Shown here: positions 18,979-27,375 of the stretch, piece by piece | How positions within the stretch are numbered: position 1 is the first letter of the stretch | How the letters are laid out: the number at the start of each line of letters is the position of its first letter | From: an uncultured Gammaproteobacteria bacterium | GTDB taxonomy: Bacteria > Pseudomonadota > Gammaproteobacteria > DSM-19610 | Assembly (NCBI GenBank): GCA_965603065.1 | Contig: CBFDBP010000001.1 | Coordinates: 1-50,350 of the forward strand | DNA: 50,350 bases | Reading direction: 5' to 3' | Translations under genes and position numbers: made by a program | The notes under the pieces: generated by a model | Databases searched by the model: none | What the model was told of the DNA's origin: nothing | Seen by the model: only the letters and a program-made list of their open reading frames with translations

Positions 18979-20112
18979 ATGTCCCGCACTGCCAGACAAT
19001 GGCTGGATGAAATTCGCTCGTTAGACTTGCCGGATCGAGTCAGGATTATGAATGTTTGTGGTGGACACGAGCGTTCCATCACCATGGCAGGCCTTCGCGG
19101 GGCATTACCTTCCTCTATTGAGCTTATTCCGGGCCCCGGTTGCCCGGTGTGTATTTGCCCGGAAGAGGATGTGTATGAAGCGATTCAACTGGCGCTGAAC
19201 GAAGATATTACGCTGCTGGCATTTGGTGACATGCTGCGTGTGCCGGTGAATGTAGCGAAAAAAGACGTTCGCTCGCTCGAACAGGCCAAGGCCGCGGGTG
19301 CGGATATACGGCCGATTGCTTCACCCATGGAAGCGGTTACACTCGCCCGGGAACAGCCGGATAAGAAGGTCGTTTTCTTCGCGGCAGGTTTCGAGACGAC
19401 GACGGCACCGGTCGCTTCCATGGTCGTTGAAGGTGTAGCGGACAATCTGCTGTTGCTGCTGTCCGGACGGTTGACCTGGCCGGCGGTCGCCATGTTGCTG
19501 GATTCCGCCACACCCGGATTCGATGCCCTCATCGCACCCGGTCATGTGGCCACGGTGATGGGTTCGCGGGAATGGCACTTTGTTGCCGAAAAACACGGGA
19601 TTCCGTCTGCCATAGCCGGTTTCAGCCCGGAAAGTCTGCTGGCTGCCATCTATTCAACGCTACGGCAGCTGATCGAGGGTCGGGCGTTCCTGGATAACTG
19701 CTACCCGGAACTGGTGCGTGGTGAGGGTAATCCCACAGCCAGGCGACAGCTGCAGCAGGCGATGGAGGTCGTGGATGCAAACTGGCGTGGTGTGGGTGTC
19801 ATACCGGCGTCGGGTTTTTCCCTGAGACCCGGCTATCAGGCGCTGGATGCGCGTCGCCAGTTTCCGGACTATGCCGATGACGCCCGTAAACGGGCCGGCC
19901 AGATGCCGCCCGGTTGCGACTGTGCCCGGGTCGTGCTGGGCAGGTGTTATCCCGATGAGTGTCGTTTGTACGGTAGCGCTTGTACGCCCAGACATCCCAT
20001 TGGACCCTGTATGGTTTCTGACGAAGGCGCCTGCCGCATCTGGTGGGCCGGCGGCGTGCGCGAAAGCAAACACAATGGAAAAACACAGGGTCGTGTTGCA
20101 ACGCATGTATGA
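18979..20112 (+). CDS. hypD: Hydrogenase formation protein HypD
   Basis: VCGGH, GPGCPVC, GFETT, PGHV and GPCMVSDEGAC; start reassigned to the ATG at 18979. Confidence 0.95.
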   Translation: MSRTARQWLDEIRSLDLPDRVRIMNVCGGHERSITMAGLRGALPSSIELIPGPGCPVCICPEEDVYEAIQLALNEDITLLAFGDMLRVPVNVAKKDVRSLEQAKAAGADIRPIASPMEAVTLAREQPDKKVVFFAAGFETTTAPVASMVVEGVADNLLLLLSGRLTWPAVAMLLDSATPGFDALIAPGHVATVMGSREWHFVAEKHGIPSAIAGFSPESLLAAIYSTLRQLIEGRAFLDNCYPELVRGEGNPTARRQLQQAMEVVDANWRGVGVIPASGFSLRPGYQALDARRQFPDYADDARKRAGQMPPGCDCARVVLGRCYPDECRLYGSACTPRHPIGPCMVSDEGACRIWWAGGVRESKHNGKTQGRVATHV

Positions 20113-22448
20113 ATCTATTGGGAGCATCCAGCCAGAGGTCTGACCGGAAGCGGAAGGTGGCTCACCTGCCGGCATTCCGGTGGCTGGTATCGGGTGTCGT
20201 ACAGGGTGTCGGGTACCGTCCATTTGTCTACCGCTTGGCACGCGAGCACCGCCTGAAAGGCTGGGTCAGGAACTGCCTCGGACAGGTTGAGATCGTTGCC
20301 ACTGGAACAGCGGATCAACTGCAGGCCTTTGAACGGGGCCTTGTGCAACGAGCCCCCGCGATAGCGCACCCTGAAATCAGTCACAGTGAGCCACTGGATG
20401 GTGTGACGCTGAAAGACTTCCGGATTCTCGCCAGTGAAACAGCTCAGGCGGGTGATATTCATGTGCCCCCCGACTATTTTGTCTGTGAAGATTGTCTCGC
20501 TGAACTCGATGACCCTCACAATCGCCGCTATCGTTATCCCTTCATTAACTGTACCCAGTGCGGTCCTCGCTATACGCTGATCGAGGCTTTACCCTATGAC
20601 CGGGCGAACACGTCAATGGCGCGATTCGATCTGTGTCCGGATTGTGTGCAGGAATATAACGATGTATCAAACCGGCGCTTTCACGCCGAGCCGGTGGCCT
20701 GCGGACGGTGCGGCCCACAGTTGTTTTTCAGACAGGTTGACCATGAAATTGCCGACGGCGAAGCCGCGCTGGCGGCCTGTATCAGTGCGTTGCGCGAAGG
20801 ACGGGTTGTTGCAGTAAAGGGGGTGGGCGGCTACCACCTGATGTGTAATGCGGCCGACCAGGCAGCGGTACAGCGTTTACGCGAGAAAAAGTCTCGACCG
20901 CACAAGCCACTGGCTTTGATGTTCCCGGTCAGCGATGGTCTGGCTCAATTAACCCGTGTGGTGACCCTCAGCGCAGAGGAAACGGCGTTGCTTTGCACGC
21001 CGGCACGACCGATAGTGCTGGCCACCCGACAAGCGGGAAACGGTACGCGTATACTGCCGGGTATTGCGCCCGGCTTGAATGAAATCGGCGTGATGTTGCC
21101 CTACAGCCCCCTGCATCATTTGCTGCTGAATGATTTCGGCGGGCCGCTGGTGGCGACCTCGGCGAATATCAGCGGTGAGCCGGTGTTGACTGAAAATACG
21201 CTGGTAGAACAGAGATTGGGCGGTGTGGCCGAAGCCTTTCTGCATCACAACCGGCCTATTGTGCGCCCGGCGGATGACTCAGTGTACCGCAGCCTGCTGG
21301 GAAAACCGCGGCCGATGCGTTTAGGCCGGGGGCATGCGCCCGCTGAACTCAAGCTGCCGGGTGAGTTGAAGCGACCGGTGCTTGCGGTTGGCGGGCATAC
21401 CAAAAACACCGTTTGTCTTGCCTGGGGAGAGCGGGCGGTGGTGTCGCCGCATGTCGGTGATATGGGCAGCGCGCGCAGTCTCGAGGTATTCGAGCAGCTG
21501 ATTGCCGATGTGCAACGCCTGTACAAGGTCCAGGCGGAAGTCATTATTTGCGATGCTCATCCGGCCTACGTGACTTCACGTTGGGCCCGCAGACAGCGGC
21601 TGCCGGTGATCGAGGTGCAACATCATGCCGCACATGCCTCGGCCCTGCTTGGCGAACAGGCTGCGCAGCTGCAGGGCAGTCATCTGGTGTTTGCCTGGGA
21701 CGGGGTCGGCTATGGTGACGACCGAACCCTGTGGGGTGGCGAAGCCCTCTATGGTGTGCCCGGACGATGGCGGCGCGTGGCCAGTATGCGACCGTTCCGG
21801 CTGCCCGGCGGTGAAAAGGCGGGTCGTGAACCCTGGCGCAGCGCGCTGTCTCTGGCCTGGGAAACCGGCGCAGACAGTCTGGCGATGAAGCTGATGGATT
21901 CCCTTGGATCGAAATCAATTGCGTCCTCGTCTTACGGATTACTGCGCCAGGCCTGGCAGAAAAAGCTGAATACACCGACCAGTACAGCGGTAGGCCGTTT
22001 GTTCGATGCGGCCGCCGCATTGACCGGTCAGTGTTTGACGGCCAGCTTTGAAGGTCAGGGGCCGATGTGGCTGGAAGCTGTTGCCGGTGAGGCGGCGGAG
22101 CCCATCAGCCTGCCCTTGCTTGAACAGAGTGACGGCCTGCTGCGCACCGACTGGCAGCCGCTGCTGGCATGTCTGGGCGACGAGCAGATCCCGGTCAGCG
22201 AACGAGCCGCTGTTTTCCACTCCTCGATGGCTGAAGCGCTGGTCAATCAGGCGCTGCGAGTACGTGAAGGGCATGCCGTGCAGGCAGTCGGTTTGTGCGG
22301 TGGCGTGTTTCAGAATCGCCGCTTGACGGAAGAGTGTGTCAGCAGACTGGAGCAAGAAGGGTTCGAAGTAGTGCTCGGCGAACGTTTACCGGTCAATGAC
22401 GCAGGTTTGAGTTTTGGGCAGGTTGTAGAATACGTTTCCCGTTGTTAA
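20109..22448 (+). CDS. hypF: Carbamoyltransferase HypF
   Basis: Acylphosphatase GVVQGVGYRPFVY, zinc fingers CTQCGPRY and CPDC, KGVGGYHL, QHHAAH and NDAGLSFGQ; start uncertain. Confidence 0.95.
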   Translation: MNLLGASSQRSDRKRKVAHLPAFRWLVSGVVQGVGYRPFVYRLAREHRLKGWVRNCLGQVEIVATGTADQLQAFERGLVQRAPAIAHPEISHSEPLDGVTLKDFRILASETAQAGDIHVPPDYFVCEDCLAELDDPHNRRYRYPFINCTQCGPRYTLIEALPYDRANTSMARFDLCPDCVQEYNDVSNRRFHAEPVACGRCGPQLFFRQVDHEIADGEAALAACISALREGRVVAVKGVGGYHLMCNAADQAAVQRLREKKSRPHKPLALMFPVSDGLAQLTRVVTLSAEETALLCTPARPIVLATRQAGNGTRILPGIAPGLNEIGVMLPYSPLHHLLLNDFGGPLVATSANISGEPVLTENTLVEQRLGGVAEAFLHHNRPIVRPADDSVYRSLLGKPRPMRLGRGHAPAELKLPGELKRPVLAVGGHTKNTVCLAWGERAVVSPHVGDMGSARSLEVFEQLIADVQRLYKVQAEVIICDAHPAYVTSRWARRQRLPVIEVQHHAAHASALLGEQAAQLQGSHLVFAWDGVGYGDDRTLWGGEALYGVPGRWRRVASMRPFRLPGGEKAGREPWRSALSLAWETGADSLAMKLMDSLGSKSIASSSYGLLRQAWQKKLNTPTSTAVGRLFDAAAALTGQCLTASFEGQGPMWLEAVAGEAAEPISLPLLEQSDGLLRTDWQPLLACLGDEQIPVSERAAVFHSSMAEALVNQALRVREGHAVQAVGLCGGVFQNRRLTEECVSRLEQEGFEVVLGERLPVNDAGLSFGQVVEYVSRC

Positions 22449-22458
22449 TGTGGCAGAA

Positions 22459-22562
22459 AGCCACCCGGCATGGCCTTGCAAGACACGCTGTGAATACTTC
22501 CCTGTACGCTCGACGGCAGCATCCCTGCTGCCGACGGTCTCGCAAGGCCATGCCGGGTGGCT
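22459..22562. repeat. Palindromic REP/MITE-like element, copy 2 (opposite orientation to copy 1), between hypF and hypE
   Basis: Perfect 21-bp arms AGCCACCCGGCATGGCCTTGC at 22459-22479 and 22542-22562 around the 58-bp core (22482-22539) shared with 224-281. Confidence 0.9.
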
Positions 22563-22595
22563 CTACATCGTGTTAACAGGCCCTAGAGAGATCCG

Positions 22596-23600
22596 ATGCA
22601 GGATAAACATATTTCGTTAGCCCACGGAAACGGCGGGCGCTACATGCGTGAACTGATCGAGCGTGTGTTTGCCCACCATCTTGCCAATCCCGGGCTGGAT
22701 ACCCGGGCGGATGCCGTGCCGTTGGCATTGACGGACGGTGATGTGATGTTTACCACCGATGGTTTTACGGTTCAGCCGCTGGAGTTTCCTGGCGGTAATA
22801 TCGGCGCCCTGGCGGTTCATGGGACCACCAATGACCTGGCGGTGGCTGGTGCGGAGCCGCTGTATTTGAGCTTGAATGCTTTTATCGAAGAAGGCATGCA
22901 GATAGCACTGCTCGAGCGGATTGTAGCAACACTGGCAGAGACAGCGAACGCCGTCGGTGTGCGCGTTGTGGCCGGTGATACCAAGGTGTTACGTCGCGGG
23001 GAAGGCGGTGGTCTGTATCTTGCGACTACCGGGGTTGGTATACGAACAGCGGGGGTTCGCCTCGGTCTTGACTGCATTCAGGCAGGGGACCGGATACTGG
23101 TCAGTGGGCCGGTCGGTGATCACGGTATTGCCGTGTTACTGGCACGTGAACAGTTCGGCCTGCGCGGTGATTTGAAGTCGGACGCCGGCAGCGTTCTGCC
23201 GCTGACGCGGGCGGCGTTGAAGTTTGAGGGTCTGCACTTCATGCGCGATCCGACCCGCGGCGGCCTGGCGACGGTCTGTCATGAAATCAGTCAGGCAACC
23301 CAGCTGGGTGTTCGGCTGCAGCAGACGGAGATACCGATCCGGGACTCGGTGCAGTCGGTGTGCGAAATGCTCGGTTACGACCCTCTTTATCTTGCCTGTG
23401 AGGGTAGGGTGGTTGCGGTCGTGGCTGAAGCACACGCTGAGGACGTGCTCGCGCACTGGCGCTGTTTGCCGGAAGGCGCTGAAGCCGCCCTGATCGGCCG
23501 GGTTGAAGAACAGCCGGCGAAGGTGCTGCTGGTCACCGAACTGGGTGGTGAACGCCTGCTCGATGAACTGGAAGATGACCCGTTACCGAGGATCTGTTGA
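22596..23600 (+). CDS. hypE: Hydrogenase maturation protein HypE
   Basis: LAHGNGG, TTDGF, GTTNDLA, GDTKV, MRDPTRGG and terminal PRIC. Confidence 0.95.
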   Translation: MQDKHISLAHGNGGRYMRELIERVFAHHLANPGLDTRADAVPLALTDGDVMFTTDGFTVQPLEFPGGNIGALAVHGTTNDLAVAGAEPLYLSLNAFIEEGMQIALLERIVATLAETANAVGVRVVAGDTKVLRRGEGGGLYLATTGVGIRTAGVRLGLDCIQAGDRILVSGPVGDHGIAVLLAREQFGLRGDLKSDAGSVLPLTRAALKFEGLHFMRDPTRGGLATVCHEISQATQLGVRLQQTEIPIRDSVQSVCEMLGYDPLYLACEGRVVAVVAEAHAEDVLAHWRCLPEGAEAALIGRVEEQPAKVLLVTELGGERLLDELEDDPLPRIC

Positions 23601-25057
23601 TGCGAGACCCATGGTCGAGGGTGCCGAAAGCCCGCCTGTTGCTCCCGTTGGTAGTGCTGCTTGGTTTTTCTGCTGCAGCGTTGGCGGTTACCGAGGGTGT
23701 TCCGCAGGCGCACAGTGACCCCATTGCGCCCGTCATCCTGGGCGTTACCGGTTTGCTGTTTGTGGCGTTGATGGGCCGCTTCAGCGCGCGCAAACTGGGG
23801 CTGCCTTCTGTGCTGGGCGAACTGACGATAGGTATCATCGCTGGCAATCTGGCCTATCAGTTTGGTTTTGATCTGATACTGTTGTTGCGGGAAGGCCCGC
23901 ACGTCTTTGACACCATCCAGCATTTCCTGCACGACGCCACACTGGGAAACGAAGTCTGTGACACACTGGTCGACGCCCAGGAGCGTCGTATATTGAGCGT
24001 CCTCGGTGGGCCCAGCGGAAACGAGTATTTGCAGATAGCGCACACCGTGGACGTTTTTTCCCGCTATGGTGTTATTTTCCTGTTGTTCCTGGTGGGGCTG
24101 GACACCAATCTCAATGAGATGCGTCAGGTTGGCGCCGATTCCACAAGGGTGGCGCTTATCGGTGTCGTACTGCCCTTTATACTGGGGGTCGCTGCCACTT
24201 TCCTGCTCGCCTCACAGTTGTCGTTTCATACGGCGCTGTTTCTGGGCGCCGCATTGGGCGCTACCAGCGTCGGTATTACGGTCAGGGTACTCGAAGATCT
24301 GCACCAGGGTCAGTCCCGGCTGGCGCACATAATTCTTGGTGCGGCGGTATTCGACGATATTCTCGGCCTGCTGATGCTGGCTGCTGTCACCGGCATCGTC
24401 GTTTCCGGTGGCATCGAGATTGGCCATATAACAAAAGTTGTTTTTCTGGCAGTTATATTTCTTGGCGGCGCCGTTTTCCTCGGCCCCTACATCCTGCGTC
24501 TTATCATCAGACTGATGCGCCACCTCGACTTGATCGAGGCGAAAATGTTCGTTTCCTACCTGTTTGTCATGGTCCTGGCCTGGCTCGCCAACCTGTCCGG
24601 GTTGGCGACCATTATCGGGGCCTTTACCGCAGGAGTGATATTGAAAGATGCCTATTTCGTGCACTGGGGTCCGCATGAGAAACACGACTACAGCATCAGA
24701 GATCTTATCATGCCACTGGAAGTTATCCTGGTACCGATATTTTTTGTGCTGATGGGTATACAGGTAAAACTGGAAACTTTCCTCGACTGGCAGGTCGTGA
24801 TATTGGCGGCGGGGCTGCTGGTCGCGGCTATCGTGGGAAAGCTGGCCTGTGGTCTGGGCGCCTCGAAGCAGATGAATCGCTGGGCCATTGGTGTGGGTAT
24901 GCTGCCGCGTGGCGAAGTCGGGCTTGTATTTGCAGCCATTGGCAAGGGGCTCGGCGTAGTCGATGACGCGATGTTTTCATCACTGGTACTGGTGGTGATT
25001 ATTACCACCCTGTTGTCGCCACCGTTGTTGAAAATCAGCCTGAAGGGCAAAACCTGA
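23600..25057 (+). CDS. Cation:proton antiporter (CPA2, NapA-like)
   Basis: Many TM helices, PSVLGEL, ATSVGIT, AVFDDILG and GMLPRGEVG; translationally coupled to hypE (TGATG). Confidence 0.9.
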   Translation: MRDPWSRVPKARLLLPLVVLLGFSAAALAVTEGVPQAHSDPIAPVILGVTGLLFVALMGRFSARKLGLPSVLGELTIGIIAGNLAYQFGFDLILLLREGPHVFDTIQHFLHDATLGNEVCDTLVDAQERRILSVLGGPSGNEYLQIAHTVDVFSRYGVIFLLFLVGLDTNLNEMRQVGADSTRVALIGVVLPFILGVAATFLLASQLSFHTALFLGAALGATSVGITVRVLEDLHQGQSRLAHIILGAAVFDDILGLLMLAAVTGIVVSGGIEIGHITKVVFLAVIFLGGAVFLGPYILRLIIRLMRHLDLIEAKMFVSYLFVMVLAWLANLSGLATIIGAFTAGVILKDAYFVHWGPHEKHDYSIRDLIMPLEVILVPIFFVLMGIQVKLETFLDWQVVILAAGLLVAAIVGKLACGLGASKQMNRWAIGVGMLPRGEVGLVFAAIGKGLGVVDDAMFSSLVLVVIITTLLSPPLLKISLKGKT

Positions 25058-25067
25058 GTTTGCATCG

Positions 25068-26642
25068 ATGGATGGCGATTCAAATATGCAGCAGGCCGGG
25101 CGGCTGATCGAGGCGCTCACCAGGGCGGATGCCTACAAGCATCCGACCCGTGGCATCCATGTCGTGGAAACCCACTGTGCCTGGGTGCTGTTAACCGGTG
25201 AGTACGCCTACAAGGTCAAAAAGCCTGTCAATTTCGGTTTTCTGAATTTCGCCACACTGGAAAAACGGCAGTTTTACTGTGCAGAAGAGGTCCGCCTGAA
25301 CCGGCGTTTCGCACCCGCCATCTACCTGGACGTTGTCGTCATCACCGGTCAGCCCGATCGGCCGCGGATGGCCGGATCAGGAACAGTGCTTGAGTACGCA
25401 GTGCGCATGCGTCAGTTTGCGGATGACGGGCTGCTCAGCCAGCTTGCCGAACGGAAACAACTGGATGCTGCACACATCGACCAGCTCGTTGATCAGGTCG
25501 CTGATTTTCATCAATCGACGCAGCGTGCGTCGCCCGATGCGCCTTACGGTGAAGCGGAACAGATCCATCACTGGATGAGCGAAAACTTTAAACACATTCG
25601 AAAGTCGTTAAAGACCGCAGGGCGAATCGCGCAGCTGGACGGTATTCAGCGAGGGGTTGAAGCCGAGCGCAAAAGTATCGAAACATTGTTGGCGCGCAGA
25701 AAGCAGGACGGCTACATCCGCGAATGCCACGGTGATCTTCACCTGGGTAACATCACCTTAATCGAGGGAAAGGTGACACTGTTCGACTGTATCGAATTCA
25801 ATCCCGAACTGCGCTGGATCGATGTGTTCAGTGATGTCGCTTTTCTGGTCATGGATCTCGACGACCGGCATTACCGGAACTTTGCCTTCCATTTCCTGAA
25901 TGCATACCTGCATCGCAGCGGAGATTACCAGGGGCTCGGTGTATTGCGCTATTACATGGTCTATCGGGCACTGGTGCGAGCCAAGGTCGCCATGCTTCGC
26001 AGGCAGCAGGCCGCCCCGCATTCTGAAACCTTCGAGGCGGCGGATGCCGAGTACAGCCAGTATATACAGCTCGCTGAGAGTTATCTTGCGCCCGACCGGC
26101 CGGCGTTGCTGATTACCTGCGGCTTGTCCGGCTCCGGCAAGTCAACGGTCGCCAGGCAGTTGTGTGAAGCCGCCGGCATGATCCAGATACGTTCCGACAT
26201 CGAACGAAAACGAATGTCCGGTCTTGACGCAAGGGACAAAAGTCACTCGGGCCTGGACGAGGCCCTGTATTCCGCCAGTCAGACAGAAAAAACCTATCAG
26301 CGCCTCGCTGAGCTGGCCACAGGGGTTCTGCAAGCGGGTTATTCTGTCATCGTGGATGCGACCTTCCTGCAACGCAAGTATCGCGATGTATTCCGAAGCC
26401 TGGCGGAAGTACACAAAGTGCCTTTTACTATTGTTCAGTGTGTGGCGACGGATAAGGAGCTTGAGCTACGTATCCAGGCCCGCGAGCTGGAGGGCAGGGA
26501 CCCTTCGGAGGCGACCCTGGATGTATTGAATGCTCAGCGCAAAAATCAGCAGCCTCCTGATGCGGATGAGAAATCACATGTTATACGGCTGGACAGCAAG
26601 GCTATCAACGATCCGACCGCAGCCTGGAGGCGGGGGCTATGA
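25068..26642 (+). CDS. APH-like kinase fused to AAA_33/gluconate-kinase P-loop domain (COG2187+COG0645, Rv2004c-like)
   Basis: ETH, YKVKKPV, ECHGDLHLGN, FDCIEFN, GLSGSGKST and DATFL. Confidence 0.9.
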   Translation: MDGDSNMQQAGRLIEALTRADAYKHPTRGIHVVETHCAWVLLTGEYAYKVKKPVNFGFLNFATLEKRQFYCAEEVRLNRRFAPAIYLDVVVITGQPDRPRMAGSGTVLEYAVRMRQFADDGLLSQLAERKQLDAAHIDQLVDQVADFHQSTQRASPDAPYGEAEQIHHWMSENFKHIRKSLKTAGRIAQLDGIQRGVEAERKSIETLLARRKQDGYIRECHGDLHLGNITLIEGKVTLFDCIEFNPELRWIDVFSDVAFLVMDLDDRHYRNFAFHFLNAYLHRSGDYQGLGVLRYYMVYRALVRAKVAMLRRQQAAPHSETFEAADAEYSQYIQLAESYLAPDRPALLITCGLSGSGKSTVARQLCEAAGMIQIRSDIERKRMSGLDARDKSHSGLDEALYSASQTEKTYQRLAELATGVLQAGYSVIVDATFLQRKYRDVFRSLAEVHKVPFTIVQCVATDKELELRIQARELEGRDPSEATLDVLNAQRKNQQPPDADEKSHVIRLDSKAINDPTAAWRRGL

Positions 26643-26673
26643 AATCAGATGGGCAGGGAAACAGGGGCTGCTC

Positions 26674-27231
26674 CTATTCGTGCACCCAGAACACAATCAT
26701 CCTCGACCAGCCGTCAACGATCAGGCTGACGCCGACTAACAGGCTGATCAATTCAAACGTAATGGCTTCACCTTGATACAGGATGAAAAAGCCAAACAGG
26801 AGTCCGAGCAGGCCGCTGGCTACGACCCAGGACCAACTGTTGACCGGTCGAATATCAATCCCCTTGCCCATACGAAGCACCCCGCCAATCCAGAATACCA
26901 CAGCAAGCATCATGTAAAGGGATGTGAATTTGGCGACCGGGGAAAACACTAACAAGACACCGGCGAAGAAAAACAGCACCGAACTCATCCAGCTGAGCAT
27001 ATAGCCGCGTTTTGAACGTAGCAGCATGGCGTGCCAGGCATCCGCAGCACCGGCGAGTATAAGCACCAGCCCGACGATGACCTCCACCGGATAGTCGGTA
27101 TTCATGGGCGATACAATGGCTGCTACGCCAAGCACGATGTTGAATAGCCCCAGGACCAGGAAACGGCCACGTACGGCGGCTGCGTCCTTTACGGTAAACG
27201 CTGTCTGATGGATTGATGGATCAATTGGCAT
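26674..27231 (-). CDS. HdeD/DUF308 membrane protein
   Basis: Six hydrophobic segments with the typical G-rich repeat pattern; ends LLVGVSLIVDGW. Confidence 0.85.
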   Translation of the reverse strand: MPIDPSIHQTAFTVKDAAAVRGRFLVLGLFNIVLGVAAIVSPMNTDYPVEVIVGLVLILAGAADAWHAMLLRSKRGYMLSWMSSVLFFFAGVLLVFSPVAKFTSLYMMLAVVFWIGGVLRMGKGIDIRPVNSWSWVVASGLLGLLFGFFILYQGEAITFELISLLVGVSLIVDGWSRMIVFWVHE

Positions 27232-27264
27232 TTTCGTTTCCCTGTTTTAACTCAACTGGTTAAG

Positions 27265-27306
27265 ACGCTAGCATTGTAGCTGATCAGGTTCATTGAGCAA
27301 GGTCAA
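27265..27306 (-). promoter_or_regulatory. FNR/CRP-family class II promoter for the DUF308 gene
   Basis: TTGAG-caag-GTCAA at 27293-27306 and extended -10 TGcTAGCGT at 27273-27265, placing the box centre at -41.5. Confidence 0.55.
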
Positions 27307-27375
27307 TATCGGTCTGCTCCTGCTACCTGACGTTTACTGCATGGCAATGGCTTACTCGGTCGCTCAATTCGCTAC

